From: an uncultured Thermoplasmata archaeon
GTDB lineage: Archaea; Thermoplasmatota; Thermoplasmata; RBG-16-68-12
Direction of reading: 5' to 3'
NCBI GenBank assembly: GCA_963768855.1
Contig: CAVYJM010000006.1
Span: 576,001-640,000 of the forward strand
Length of the DNA stretch: 64,000 nt
Both the position numbers and the translations under genes were made by a program. Below, piece by piece: positions 45,656-55,706 of this stretch (position 1 is the first letter of the stretch; each line of letters opens with the position of its first letter). The notes under the pieces are model-generated. The model worked only from the letters and a program-made list of their open reading frames with translations. It had not been told where the DNA came from and did no database searches.

Positions 45656-46210
45656 TCACAGGGCGTGGGATTCGCGGTCCGCCTTCTTCGCGGGCTTCCG
45701 GGCCCTCGTCCGAGGCTCGCCCAGGACGTGGAAGACGCTCACGAGGAGGTGGGCCAATCCGGCCTGCTCCGGTCCCGCGGGGGTGAAGCCCTGCGCATCG
45801 AGGTCCGGTTGGATCCCCACGAGGCTCACCCGGGCTCCCGTGTCCTTCTCGAGGAACTCCATGACCACAGAGAGCGGGAGGGCGTGCGTCGAGAGGAGGG
45901 TCGCCCGGATCTCGTTCGGCTCGACGAGGGCCACGGCCCCCGGCCGGGCGCCCATGTCGGCGGCGTCCAGCAAGAGGACCGCGTCGGGCTTGAACCGCCG
46001 GATTGGGCCCGTCACGCTCTCCGGGACGGTCCCGGCGAGGAACACGCGGACGTTCGGCAGGTGGAGCCCCTCGACCTCCTTCGCGGCGAGCATGCCGAGG
46101 CGGTCGTGGACGTTCAGCTCATCCCCGACGCCGACGACCGCGATGCGCTTCGCTTCCCCCAACCGCCGGCGGAGCCGCAATTCGAAGTCGTGCTGGGCGA
46201 TGTACGTCAC
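45656..46210 (-). CDS. hycI: hydrogenase maturation endopeptidase, HycI type
   Basis: 'VVGVGDEL..HDRLG', 'GTVPES', 'LDAADMG', 'STHALPL', 'GIQP'; GTGA overlap with the upstream gene. Confidence 0.9.
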   Translation of the reverse strand: MTYIAQHDFELRLRRRLGEAKRIAVVGVGDELNVHDRLGMLAAKEVEGLHLPNVRVFLAGTVPESVTGPIRRFKPDAVLLLDAADMGARPGAVALVEPNEIRATLLSTHALPLSVVMEFLEKDTGARVSLVGIQPDLDAQGFTPAGPEQAGLAHLLVSVFHVLGEPRTRARKPAKKADRESHAL

Positions 46211-46572
46211 TTCACCACGACGGTCTTGTCCGGTCCAGAGCCGCTGAACGCGTTCGTCAGGTAGATGGCTTTCGGGTCCGTGGGGCAGTACTCCTCGCAC
46301 AGCCCGCAGCGGATGCAGAGGAAGAGCTCGACCTCGGGCTTCTTCTTGCGGATGATCTTCTTGCCCTTGACCTCGACCTCGCGCTCGTTCGCGACCATCG
46401 TGATGCACTGCGTCGGGCACACGACCGCGCACTTCGAGCAGCCGATGCACTTCTCGTCGAGGATCGCGATCTTCCCGCGGAACGCCGGCGGGATGACGAC
46501 CTTCTCCTTCGGGTACCGCGTCGTGCTGGGCTTGTGCGTCAGGTTGTCGAACATCTCCCGCAAGACGCTCAT
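46207..46572 (-). CDS. group 4 hydrogenase 2x[4Fe-4S] subunit (NuoI/MbhN-like)
   Basis: 'T.RYP', 'CIGCSKCAVVCP', 'CIRCGLCEEYCP'. Confidence 0.92.
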   Translation of the reverse strand: MSVLREMFDNLTHKPSTTRYPKEKVVIPPAFRGKIAILDEKCIGCSKCAVVCPTQCITMVANEREVEVKGKKIIRKKKPEVELFLCIRCGLCEEYCPTDPKAIYLTNAFSGSGPDKTVVVK

Positions 46573-47543
46573 CCGCTCACCCACCAGTAGTAGTTCATGA
46601 CCAGGACGAGCGCGACCTGGATGATCGCGGCGCTCGCGAGGTACTTCCACCCGATGTCGTTGAGCTGGTCGATCCGGATGCGCCCGGTCGCGACCTTGAT
46701 CGAGGACAGGACGAGGAGGATGGCCAGAGTCTTCGCGAAGAACACGAGGAACCCGACGATCCATCCGAACCAGTTCGGGGTGATCGCCCACGGGATCAGG
46801 GGGCCGCCCAGGAAGAGGGCCGCCACGAGGGCGCTGCCCACGACCAGGCTCACGTCCATCGTGAGCTTCATCAGGGCGAGGCGCCGGCCCGTGAGCTCCG
46901 TCGTCGGGCCTGCCACGATCTCCGTCTCCGCCTCGGGGATGTCGAAGGGGGTGCGCTCGAGCTTGGCCTGGAGGCCAATCAGCGCGACGATGAACCCGAT
47001 CGGCTGGAGGATCGCGAACCAGTAGTGCCCCTGCTCCCAGGTGACGATATCCGAGATGGACCAGCTACCCGCCATGAGCGCGGGGGCGAGGAGCGCGAGG
47101 AAGAACGGCACCTCGTAGATGAACATCTGCGTCACGGCGCGGACGCCGCCGATCGTCGAGTAGACGTTCCGGCTGAGCCAGCCCAGGAGGAACAGGACGA
47201 TTGTCGGGAGGGTCAGGAGGTACAGCACGAGGACCAGGTCGCCCTGGAACGCGAGGGGGCTGTTCCCTACGATGGGCACGTACAGGAACGCGGTCATCAC
47301 GGCCGCCAGGGCGAGGATCGGGGCGAAGTCGAAGGCCTTGCGGTCGACGCCATCCGGGTCGATGACCTCCTTCCCGAGCATCTTGATGAAGTCCGCGAAG
47401 GGCTGCAGGAGGGGCGGGCCGACTCGGTTCTGCATCCTCGCGGCGATCTTCCGGTCGAGGAACTGGAAGAAGAACGCGTATGTCAGGAGGAACAGGAACC
47501 CGGGGAACACGAGGAGGTAGACGACCTCGAGGATCGGGTCCAT
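46569..47543 (-). CDS. group 4 hydrogenase membrane subunit (NuoH/MbhM-like)
   Basis: 'RKIAARMQNRVGPP.LQPFAD..K', 'RTPFDIPEAETEIVAG', 'RIRIDQ'. Confidence 0.93.
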   Translation of the reverse strand: MDPILEVVYLLVFPGFLFLLTYAFFFQFLDRKIAARMQNRVGPPLLQPFADFIKMLGKEVIDPDGVDRKAFDFAPILALAAVMTAFLYVPIVGNSPLAFQGDLVLVLYLLTLPTIVLFLLGWLSRNVYSTIGGVRAVTQMFIYEVPFFLALLAPALMAGSWSISDIVTWEQGHYWFAILQPIGFIVALIGLQAKLERTPFDIPEAETEIVAGPTTELTGRRLALMKLTMDVSLVVGSALVAALFLGGPLIPWAITPNWFGWIVGFLVFFAKTLAILLVLSSIKVATGRIRIDQLNDIGWKYLASAAIIQVALVLVMNYYWWVSG

Positions 47544-48724
47544 CAGCGTCGCCCCCGTGCGCGGTAGAAGGCGCGTCCGTGCTCGCTCAGCTCATCCCAG
47601 GTCATCTCGCCCACCTTCCGCCCGCGCTCGTTGACCACCGTGATCCGGGAGGTGCACGAGAGGCAGGGGTCGATCGCCGCGACGACCACGGGGATGTCCG
47701 CGAGGTTCTGGTTCACCAGGCTCACCGCCACGGAGGTCCAGTTCGCCAGGCTCGGGGTACGGATGTCGAGGCGCTCGACCTTGTCCGTGTTGTTCGTGCG
47801 GATGAAGTGGACGAGCTCACCGCGGGGCGCCTCATAGCGCGAAAGGATCTCCGCCTTCGGCGCGGCCCGGGGCGGGGGCGTCCGGATGGGTCCCGCCGGG
47901 AGGTTCTCGAGGCAGTACCGCACGATCTGGAGGCTCTGCTGGAGCTCGCCGATCCGGACCAGCGTCCGGCCGTAGACGTCTCCGTGGGTGTCCGAGACGA
48001 CCTTCCACGGCACCTCCGCGTAGGCGATGTACGGGTCGTCGTGGCGGACGTCGAACTGGATGTCGCTCGCCCTCGCCGTCGGCCCGACCGTCCCGAACTT
48101 CAGGGCCTGCTCCTTCGTGAGCTTGCCGACGCCCTTGAACCGCATGAGGACGGTCTGCTCGTTGTTCACCATCTGGCCGTAGCCGGTGATGCGCCGCTCC
48201 AGCTTGGGCAGGCGATCGAGCGCCGCCTTAATCTGGTCCGGGGTGACGTCCCGGCGGACGCCGCCGACCTCGTTGATCCCGTGGTTCACCCGGTTCCCAG
48301 TCAGCTCTTCGAGCATGTCCAGGACGGACTCGCGGTCCCGCCAGCTCCACATGAAGAGGGTGTTGAACCCGACCTCGTGGCCCGCGACGCCGAGCCAGAG
48401 CAGGTGGGAGTGCATCCGCTCGAGCTCCGCGACGATTGTGCGGATGTACTGCGCCCGCGGCGGGATCTGGAGCTTCATCGCTTCCTCGATCCCCTTCACG
48501 AAGACCGTGGCGTGGGAGTGAGAGCAGATCCCGCAGACGCGTTCCAGGAGGGGCACGACGCGGACGAAGTCCCGCGCCTCGGCGGCCTTCTCGATGCCGC
48601 GGTGGTTGTAGGAGATGTCCAGCTCGAGGCGGACGATCTTCTCGCCGTCCGCGACGACCTTGAAGTTCACGGGCTCCTTGAGGGCCGGGTGCTGCGGCCC
48701 GACGGGCACGATGACCTCGGCCAT
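47543..48724 (-). CDS. group 4 [NiFe]-hydrogenase large subunit
   Basis: L1 'ERVCGICSHSH' and L2 'DPCLSCTSR' both intact, followed by a ~33-aa extension; 'EAPRGE'. Confidence 0.93.
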   Translation of the reverse strand: MAEVIVPVGPQHPALKEPVNFKVVADGEKIVRLELDISYNHRGIEKAAEARDFVRVVPLLERVCGICSHSHATVFVKGIEEAMKLQIPPRAQYIRTIVAELERMHSHLLWLGVAGHEVGFNTLFMWSWRDRESVLDMLEELTGNRVNHGINEVGGVRRDVTPDQIKAALDRLPKLERRITGYGQMVNNEQTVLMRFKGVGKLTKEQALKFGTVGPTARASDIQFDVRHDDPYIAYAEVPWKVVSDTHGDVYGRTLVRIGELQQSLQIVRYCLENLPAGPIRTPPPRAAPKAEILSRYEAPRGELVHFIRTNNTDKVERLDIRTPSLANWTSVAVSLVNQNLADIPVVVAAIDPCLSCTSRITVVNERGRKVGEMTWDELSEHGRAFYRARGRR

Positions 48725-49207
48725 CTACCTCGCCTCCTCGTGGACTCCGCCGTAGAACCGGTTCGGGTCCATCTTCCAGTCCTTCCGCAGCGGGAACTCG
48801 TTGGCGGGCCAGTCCTCGTTCAGGATGATCCGCTTCAGGGCGGGGTGGCCCCGGAAGGTGATCCCCAGGAGGTCGTGGATCTGGCGCTCGTAGATCCCGG
48901 CCGGCGGCAGGAGGTCCGACGTGGTCGGCGCCTCGGGCCGGTCCCGCGGCAGCTCGATGGCCAGGGCCACGATCATCCGGTGGGGTCCGCTCAGGTGGTA
49001 GATGAGCTCGAACGTCTTCCCGTTGTCCGCGGCCGCGATCTGGACGAGGTGGTCGCACCCGAGGATGGACTGGGTCCGCAGGATCGCCTCCCGCACCTTC
49101 TCGACCGTCGTCGTGACCTTGGTCCGGTTCCACCGAACCTGCTCGACGGTCCCCAGGTCGCTGAGGGCCTCCTTCACGGTCTCCACCTTCAGGGAGGTCT
49201 CCGTCAT
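48725..49207 (-). CDS. group 4 hydrogenase NuoC/MbhK-like subunit
   Basis: 'A.IYERQIHDLLGI.F.GHP.LKR....EDWP...PLRKD'. Confidence 0.9.
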   Translation of the reverse strand: MTETSLKVETVKEALSDLGTVEQVRWNRTKVTTTVEKVREAILRTQSILGCDHLVQIAAADNGKTFELIYHLSGPHRMIVALAIELPRDRPEAPTTSDLLPPAGIYERQIHDLLGITFRGHPALKRIILNEDWPANEFPLRKDWKMDPNRFYGGVHEEAR

Positions 49208-49722
49208 GCCGTCACCTCCGCGGGCTTCGCTGCGCTGGGCGGGATCTCCACCGTCTTCTTCTGGCGCCAGGCCTTGCCGCCGTGGTCGAGGTCCCCCTTC
49301 AGGAGGCCCAGGCACGCGACGACGCCGTCGATGATCTCGTCGGGTCGCGGCGGGCAGCCCGCGATGAACACGTCGACCGGGATGACGTTCTCGACGCCGT
49401 CCACGACGTGGTACAGGCCGCGGAAGACGCCGCCGGAGGCGCCGCAGGCCCCCATCGCGATCACGTACTTCGGCTCGGGCATCTGCTCCCAGATCCGCCG
49501 GAGCCGGGACGCCTGCTTCTTCGTCACGGGGCCCGTGACGATCAGGACGTCCGCGTGGCGGGGCGAGCCCTGGGCCACGATGCCGAAGCGCTCGACGTCG
49601 AAGCGCGGCGTCAGGGTCGCGATGACCTCGATGTCGCACCCGTTGCAAGCGCCGCTGTTGAACACCGTGATCCACGGAGACTTTACTCGGGCCCAGTTTG
49701 CGAGACGCTGACTCAGGGTCAT
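49204..49722 (-). CDS. group 4 hydrogenase small subunit (NuoB/MbhJ-like)
   Basis: 'GACNGCDIE', 'SPRHAD...VTG', 'GACGASGG', 'GCPPRP'. Confidence 0.93.
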   Translation of the reverse strand: MTLSQRLANWARVKSPWITVFNSGACNGCDIEVIATLTPRFDVERFGIVAQGSPRHADVLIVTGPVTKKQASRLRRIWEQMPEPKYVIAMGACGASGGVFRGLYHVVDGVENVIPVDVFIAGCPPRPDEIIDGVVACLGLLKGDLDHGGKAWRQKKTVEIPPSAAKPAEVTA

Positions 49723-50048
49723 TGTTCCCACCTCAGGATCATGATGGCGACCGCGACGACGCCCAGGTAGCCCACGGCCGCCCACGGCAGGATGTCGTGC
49801 GGCATGGTGGCGAGCACGAGGGCCGCCACGTGGACGAGCGTGAAGAACAGGGCGACGTAGAAGAACTGGTAGCCCGGCTGGAACGCCTGCGCGACGGCGG
49901 GCTCCCCGCCGACGTACGGCATGCGCTTGTCCCCGCCGCCCGCCGGCGTCGGCGCGATCGTGCGGGACCAGAAATACATCAGGTACCCGATCGCGATGGC
50001 AATGCCGAAGATGACGAACGGGGAGGTCAGGATGTCCGCGGTGGTCAT
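49719..50048 (-). CDS. NuoA-like 3-TM subunit
   Basis: 'K.MPYVGGE', 'FFYVALFFTLVHV'; ATGA overlap with the small subunit. Confidence 0.8.
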   Translation of the reverse strand: MTTADILTSPFVIFGIAIAIGYLMYFWSRTIAPTPAGGGDKRMPYVGGEPAVAQAFQPGYQFFYVALFFTLVHVAALVLATMPHDILPWAAVGYLGVVAVAIMILRWEQ

Positions 50049-51581
50049 TCAGTGCACCCCCCAGAAGGCGGTCAGGCCTTGTGCGGCTTTGCTAATCCAA
50101 TCGAAGAGGGTCTGCGGGAAGAGGCCCAGGTAGACCGTCACGATCGCGAGGATCGCGATGCCCGCGGACGTGCTCAGGGGCAGCTTCGCCTCGCCGCCGT
50201 CCGCGGCCGCGACGGGCGCCACGTGGGCCGCGTCGTGGCCCTGGAACAGGAGCGTGGACAGGATCGGCACGTAGTAGCCGAGGGAGAGCGCGCTGTTCGC
50301 CGCGAGGATGAGGGCGAGGAGCACGCCGCCGAGGACGTCCGTGGCCATGCCCGCCTGGAAGACGAGCAGCTTGCCCAGGAAGCCCGCGGTCGCCGGGACG
50401 CCGACGAGGCCCAGGATGAAGATCGTGAACGCCACGCCGACGACGGGATGGCGGGCGCCGAGGCCCCGCATCTTCGCCGTCTCGGGGGATCCGGCCGCGG
50501 CGGTGAACAGGTCCGCCGCGAGGAAGGCACCGCCCTTCATCACGCTGTACGCGACCGCATAGAAGAGCCCGGCCTCGAACCCGAGGAGGAGGCTGTACTG
50601 GATCCCGATCCCGAATCCCAGGAGGATGTATCCCATCTGAGCGACGCTCGAGTAGGCGAGCACGCGACGGAGGTCCTTCTGGTTCAGGGCGAGGAGGTTG
50701 CCCACGGTCATCGTCAGGACGGCGAGGACGCAGACCGCGACCCCGAGGAAGGTCTGTGACACCGCGGTCGGCGGCAACACGGACAGGGAGACGAGCAGGG
50801 CGACGAGGGCGCCCGCCTTCGTGGCGCCCGCCATGATGGCGGTCACGCCGCCCGGGGCGTGCGTGTAGGCGTCCGGCAGCCAGGTGTGCAGCGGGACGAT
50901 CGCGAGCTTGACGCCGTAGCCGAGGAGGATGAGGACCGCTGCGAGGCCGAGCAGGAACGGGTCCGCGTTCACGAGGGCGAGCCGCAGGCCGGAGATCGTC
51001 AGGGTGCCGCTGCCCGCGACGCGGCTGCTCGCGAGGTACAGGAGGGACACGCCCAGGAGGGCGGTCACCGTGCCCGTCACGCCCTGCACGAGGTACTTCA
51101 GCGCGGCGCTCAGGGAGCGCGGCTCCTCGCGGTACCGGTACGCCACGAGGGCGTAGGACGGGATCGCGCTGAGCTCGACCATCACGAAGACCGTGAACAG
51201 GTCGTCCGCGAACCCGACCGCCGTCGCGCCGGCAAGGGCGAACAGGAAGAGCGGGTAGTAGAGGTGGACCGGCCCGTCCGGGGCGATGCGGCCCTGGGAG
51301 GCGAACGCCGCCAGGGAGCCGAGCCCCGTGGCCAGGAGACCGACGATCAGCCCGAGGTACGACGGGGCGAGGATCGGGGCGAAGACGGAGCCGCCCGAGG
51401 ACGGAAAGCCGAGGTCCACCGCGTACAGGAGGAGGCCGAAGGCGGCCGCCAGCCAGGCGGCGGCCATCGCACCGGTCCAGCGGCGGAACCGCGGGCCGAC
51501 GAGCTTCGCGAAGAGGTACGCCTCGACGCCGCCGATCGCGATGAAGAGCGGCACGAAGAAGGCGAGGTCGGCGGCGTTCAC
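50049..51581 (-). CDS. antiporter-like subunit (NuoN/MrpD-like)
   Basis: GTG start overlapping the inferred upstream TGA; 'VELSAIPSY', 'KLAIVPLHTWLPDAY', 'RVLAYSSVAQMGY', 'GFLGK'. Confidence 0.8.
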   Translation of the reverse strand: MNAADLAFFVPLFIAIGGVEAYLFAKLVGPRFRRWTGAMAAAWLAAAFGLLLYAVDLGFPSSGGSVFAPILAPSYLGLIVGLLATGLGSLAAFASQGRIAPDGPVHLYYPLFLFALAGATAVGFADDLFTVFVMVELSAIPSYALVAYRYREEPRSLSAALKYLVQGVTGTVTALLGVSLLYLASSRVAGSGTLTISGLRLALVNADPFLLGLAAVLILLGYGVKLAIVPLHTWLPDAYTHAPGGVTAIMAGATKAGALVALLVSLSVLPPTAVSQTFLGVAVCVLAVLTMTVGNLLALNQKDLRRVLAYSSVAQMGYILLGFGIGIQYSLLLGFEAGLFYAVAYSVMKGGAFLAADLFTAAAGSPETAKMRGLGARHPVVGVAFTIFILGLVGVPATAGFLGKLLVFQAGMATDVLGGVLLALILAANSALSLGYYVPILSTLLFQGHDAAHVAPVAAADGGEAKLPLSTSAGIAILAIVTVYLGLFPQTLFDWISKAAQGLTAFWGVH

Positions 51582-54500
51582 GCGCCCACCCCCAGGAGGA
51601 CCGCGGCGAGGACCACGACGAGCGCGCCTCCGAAGGCGACCATGTTCCAGTTCACGTCGCGGTTCTCCAAGCCCCATCGCCCGCTTGCCGAGGGCGAACA
51701 GGCCGAGGGCCGCGTCCGTCGCGCCTTCATAGACGAGGCGGAAGCCGGACTGCATCGCGGCGCTGAATCGCACGAAGCCCCGGCCGCCCGCGGCGTACGC
51801 GACGTCGACGTCCTTGAGGCGGGTGTCGTGCGGTGCGAGGACCGTACGGCCGATCGTGAAGAAGAAGGCGGCCGCGAGTCCGAGGACGAGGAGGCTCGTG
51901 CCCAGCTGGAGGGGCGCCCAGGCGTTCCAGACGCTCGGGACGGCCGCGGGCAGGATGTTGTAGAGCATCTGCGGGTACACGCCGATCGCGATGCACAGGG
52001 CCGCGGTGCCGAGCATGGCGGCCTGCATCGGCAGGGGCGGGTCGGAGGCCTCCGTCACGCCGCCCGCGGGCGCGGGCCGCAGGAACGTGAACCAGCCGAG
52101 TTTCAGGAAGGAGAGGAACGTCCCGAAGGACGCGATCTCGAGGAGGATCCACAGGTAGACGTTGACGTCCTCCGCCGCGAAGATGACCATGCCTTTCGAG
52201 ATGTAGCCGTTGAAGAGGGGCACGCCCGAAATGGAGAAGGCCGCGATCCAGAACGCGATCGCCGTGATGGGCATCTTCTTCTGGAGCCCGCCGAGGCGGT
52301 TCATCGTGTTCTCGCCCGTCTTCCAGATGACCACGCCGATCGTCATGAACAGGAGGGCCTTGTACAGGATGTGGTTGAAGACGTGGGCCATGCCGCCGTC
52401 CAGGCCGAGGACGCCCCACTCGTCCGCCATGCCGAGCCAGCCCGCGAGGCCGACCCCGGCGATCATGTAGCCGACCTGGGAGACGATGTGGTACGACAGG
52501 AGGCGGCGCATGTTGTTCTGGAACACCGCGAACGACACGCCGTACACGGCCATGACCGCGCCCATGATCGCGATCGCCTCGAAGGCGGGCTGCGGGTCCA
52601 GCTGGCCGATGAACATCCGTGCGAAGACGTAGACCGCGGTCTTCGTCGTGTAGACGCTCAGGAAGACGCTCGCGACGAAGTGCGCCCGCGGATAGGCGTC
52701 GGGAAGCCAGGAGTGGAGCGGGATGAAGGCCGCGTTCAGGCCGATGCCGAGGCAGATGAGGAGGGAGGGCCAGAACCCGGAGACCACGCCGACGGGCAGG
52801 AAGTTCTGTCCGGCGGGCATCTGCATGAACAGGAGCGCGATGCCGCCGCCCAGGAGGGCGCCGCCCGCGACATGGTACAGGAGGTACCGGAAGCCCGCTT
52901 TGATGCCGTCCTCGCCGCCCTGCATGATGAGCAACGTCGACGTGATGGCCATGAGCTCCCAGAAGAACAGGAGCGTGACCCAGTCCCCTGCGAACACGGC
53001 CCCGAGGGAGGTGCCCGCGTACAGGAGGGCGAACAGGTGCATCCACGGCTTGCCGAAGCCCGCGGCATAGAGGACCGCGAGGAACGTGATGATGCCGAAG
53101 ATGAGCCCGGTCAGGTAGGACAGGCTGTCGACCGTCATCAGGGTGAGCTGGTAGCCCATGAAGGGCAGCTGCCACTGGGCTCCCATGGGCAGGAAGATGA
53201 CGTCAAGGAGGGCCACGCCCGCCAGGATGATGAGGCCAATTTGGCGGGCACGGCCCTTGAGCAGGAGGACGAGGGGCCCGCCGATCAGGAAGATCAGGAA
53301 GGGCGGCACGGCGGTCCCCGTGATGATCGAGCCCATCGCGGGCGGGATCCAGGTGGCGACGCCGGTGGCCCCCTGGACAACGCTCGTCCCGATCGCGCGG
53401 GCGATCTCGAAGAAGCCGTAGGGCATCGAGGTCCAGAGGCCCAGGAGGACGGCGCCCGCGGCGGTGATGATGAGGGGGACGGCCAGGGTGGGCCGCGCCT
53501 CGCCGAGCTCGCCCTCGTAGGGGCGGAAGAACGCGCGGATGATGATCGGGAGCCAGTAGCCGAGGTTCAGGACGCTCGAGAGGACGAGGATGAGGGGGAT
53601 CCACCAGAAGCCCGCGTTCCAGGCGCCGACGGAGATGAACCACTTCGCGACGAAGCCCGCCATGGGAGGCAGGGCGACCATGCTCAGGGCGGCGAGGGTG
53701 AAGGCCACGAACTCCCGCGGCATCTTCTTGCCGATCCCGTCGAGCTGGGAGATCTTCGTCTTCCCCGTCTCCACGGCGACCGCGCCCGCGACGAAGAACA
53801 TGGTCAGCTTCCCGAAGGCGTGGGCCGCGATCGCGAAGGTCGTGCCGACGACGAGGGCGAACATGCCGTCCGCCGTGGAGCCGCCGACGGCCAATGGGAC
53901 GAGGAGGGCGGCGCCCAGGGTGATATAATTGAGCTGGCTGATCGTCGAGTACGCGAGCCGCATCTTGAAGTCATCCTGGACGAGCGCCAGCAGGGAGCCG
54001 CCGATTACCGTGACCGAGGCGGCGATGATCACGAGCCACTGTAGATTCAGGCCGACCATGAGGGTGGGCCCGAACAGGAAGAAGATGAGCCGCAGGATGC
54101 CGAAGACGCCCGCCTTGACGACCGCCACGGCGTGCAGGAGGCCGCTCACCGGCGTGGGCGCGATCATCGCGCTCGGCAGCCAGCCGTGCATGGGCATGAT
54201 CGCGGCCTTGACGCCGAAGCCGGCGAACAGCAGGACGAACCCGAGGCGGGCGAGGTCCGGGGCGATCGCCCCGATGGCCACGTTGCCGCCTGCGATGAAC
54301 GAGAGGGAGACGGAGCCGCCGAGGCCCTGGAGGAGCATCATGCCCGCGAGGATCGCGACGCCGCCGCTCAGGGTGTAGATGAGGTACTTGCGGCCCGCCG
54401 CGAACGCCTCCTCGCTCTCCTTGTGGACGACGAGGGGATACGTGGCGACGGTCAGGATCTCATAGAACAGGAAAAGGCTGAACAGGTTCGAAGACAGGGC

Positions 54501-54884
54501 GACGCCCATGGTCGCGCCGATGACGATGGCGAAGCACGCGTAGTAGCGCGTCTGGGCGTGCTCTTTGAGCCCGCGCATGTAGCCGATGCTGTAGACCGTG
54601 GTCAGGATCCAGAGGAACGAGGCGAGGACGGCGAAGAGCAGTCCGAGTCCGTCCGCGGTGAGCTGGAGGCTCAGGCCGAGGAACATGACCACTTCCGGTG
54701 TGGACGTCGGCGTGCCCGCGAAGACTGCGGGGAGCGCGAAGGCCGCGAACAGGAACGTCAGGAGGGCGGCCACGAGGGACGCCGCCTCGCGGAGATTCGG
54801 CCGGTTCCGGAACACGAGGACGAGGTACGCCCCGAGGAAGGGCGTGAGGACCGTGAGGAGGAGGACCCACTGGTTCAGATCCAT
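51578..54884 (-). CDS. fused double antiporter-like subunit (two MrpD/NuoL-M modules, ~1100 aa); apparent +1 indel near 51672-51675
   Basis: Module 1 'PMHGWLPSAM', 'AYSTISQL'; module 2 'PLHSWLPDAY', 'LLSYHIVSQVG'; deleting one G restores the ending 'GLENRDVNWNMVAFGGALVVVLAAVLLGVGA*' at 51578. Confidence 0.75.
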
Positions 54885-55207
54885 CAGAGGTCACCTCCGC
54901 GGATCTTCTGCGTGATCGAAGCGATGTCCAGGGTGCCCCAGGTGCGCTTCGCGAGGATCACCAAGGCGAGGGCGACCCCCGCCACGACCGCCTCGATGAT
55001 GATCAGGGTGAAGACGACGGCCTGGGACGTGCCCACGTCCCCGTTCAGGTAGCCGGCCGTCACGAAGACGAGGCTGACCCCCTTGCCGAGGATCTCGAGG
55101 CCGATGATCATCTTGACGAGGTGCGTGCGGGAGATGAGGCAGACGAGGCCGATCGCGAACAGGGCGCCCGCGACGGTCAGCAGGACGAGGGCCTCAGGCC
55201 CGATCAT
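54884..55207 (-). CDS. NuoK/MrpC-like subunit
   Basis: 'LVKMIIGLEILGKG', 'SQAVVFTLIIIEAVVAGVALAL'. Confidence 0.88.
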   Translation of the reverse strand: MIGPEALVLLTVAGALFAIGLVCLISRTHLVKMIIGLEILGKGVSLVFVTAGYLNGDVGTSQAVVFTLIIIEAVVAGVALALVILAKRTWGTLDIASITQKIRGGDL

Positions 55208-55446
55208 GGGCTCGCCTCCCGGGTGCGGCGGGAGCCGAGCAGGAGCAGGATCGCGACGACGCCGCCGAGCAGGATCACGCTCTGGAGGAGGACCTCGAAG
55301 GTCCGGTCCTGCCACATCGCGACGCCCACGCCCGTGACGGTCGGGCCCGCGGCGGGCCACAGGATCGCGCCGGGGAGGACCGCGTAGACGAGGAGACCGA
55401 GGAAGGCCAGGCCGATGACGATCCCGGCGACGAGCTTGCCGTTCAT
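55204..55446 (-). CDS. MrpB-related small membrane subunit
   Basis: 80 aa, 'MWQDRTFEVLLQSVIL' like the MnhB 'R.FDTL.E' motif. Confidence 0.75.
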   Translation of the reverse strand: MNGKLVAGIVIGLAFLGLLVYAVLPGAILWPAAGPTVTGVGVAMWQDRTFEVLLQSVILLGGVVAILLLLGSRRTREASP

Positions 55447-55706
55447 GCGGGCACCTCCCGCTCCTCGCCGCCGGCGAGGATGAGCGCCACGAGGAACAGC
55501 ACGGCCACGAGGCCTGCGCCGACGGTCAGCTCGAGCGCGCCCGCGAAGGGCGACGCGAGGAGGAAGAACAGGGCCGCCAGGAACGCGCTCGCGAGCGCGT
55601 ACGCCACGACGGACCGCACGAGGTTCTTCAGCCCCACCGCGACGATCGCCATGCCGACTGCCGCCGCCCCGAGGACGGCCATCAGAACTAGCTCCAGCTC
55701 CGCCAT
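55443..55706 (-). CDS. DUF4040/MbhD-like small membrane subunit
   Basis: 87 aa, 3 TM, 'LLASPFAGALELTVGAGL'; minus-strand TTTATA box at ~55754-55759. Confidence 0.8.
   Translation of the reverse strand: MAELELVLMAVLGAAAVGMAIVAVGLKNLVRSVVAYALASAFLAALFFLLASPFAGALELTVGAGLVAVLFLVALILAGGEEREVPA

Noticed and set aside
47543-48724. Reading the operon as complex I, Mbs/Mbx or Ehr
   Set aside because: Both CxxC Ni-binding motifs, a cleavable C-terminal extension and a HycI protease point to a true NiFe enzyme
50049-54884. 1611-aa three-module antiporter as one real protein
   Set aside because: The second junction is better explained by a one-base insertion at 51672-51675
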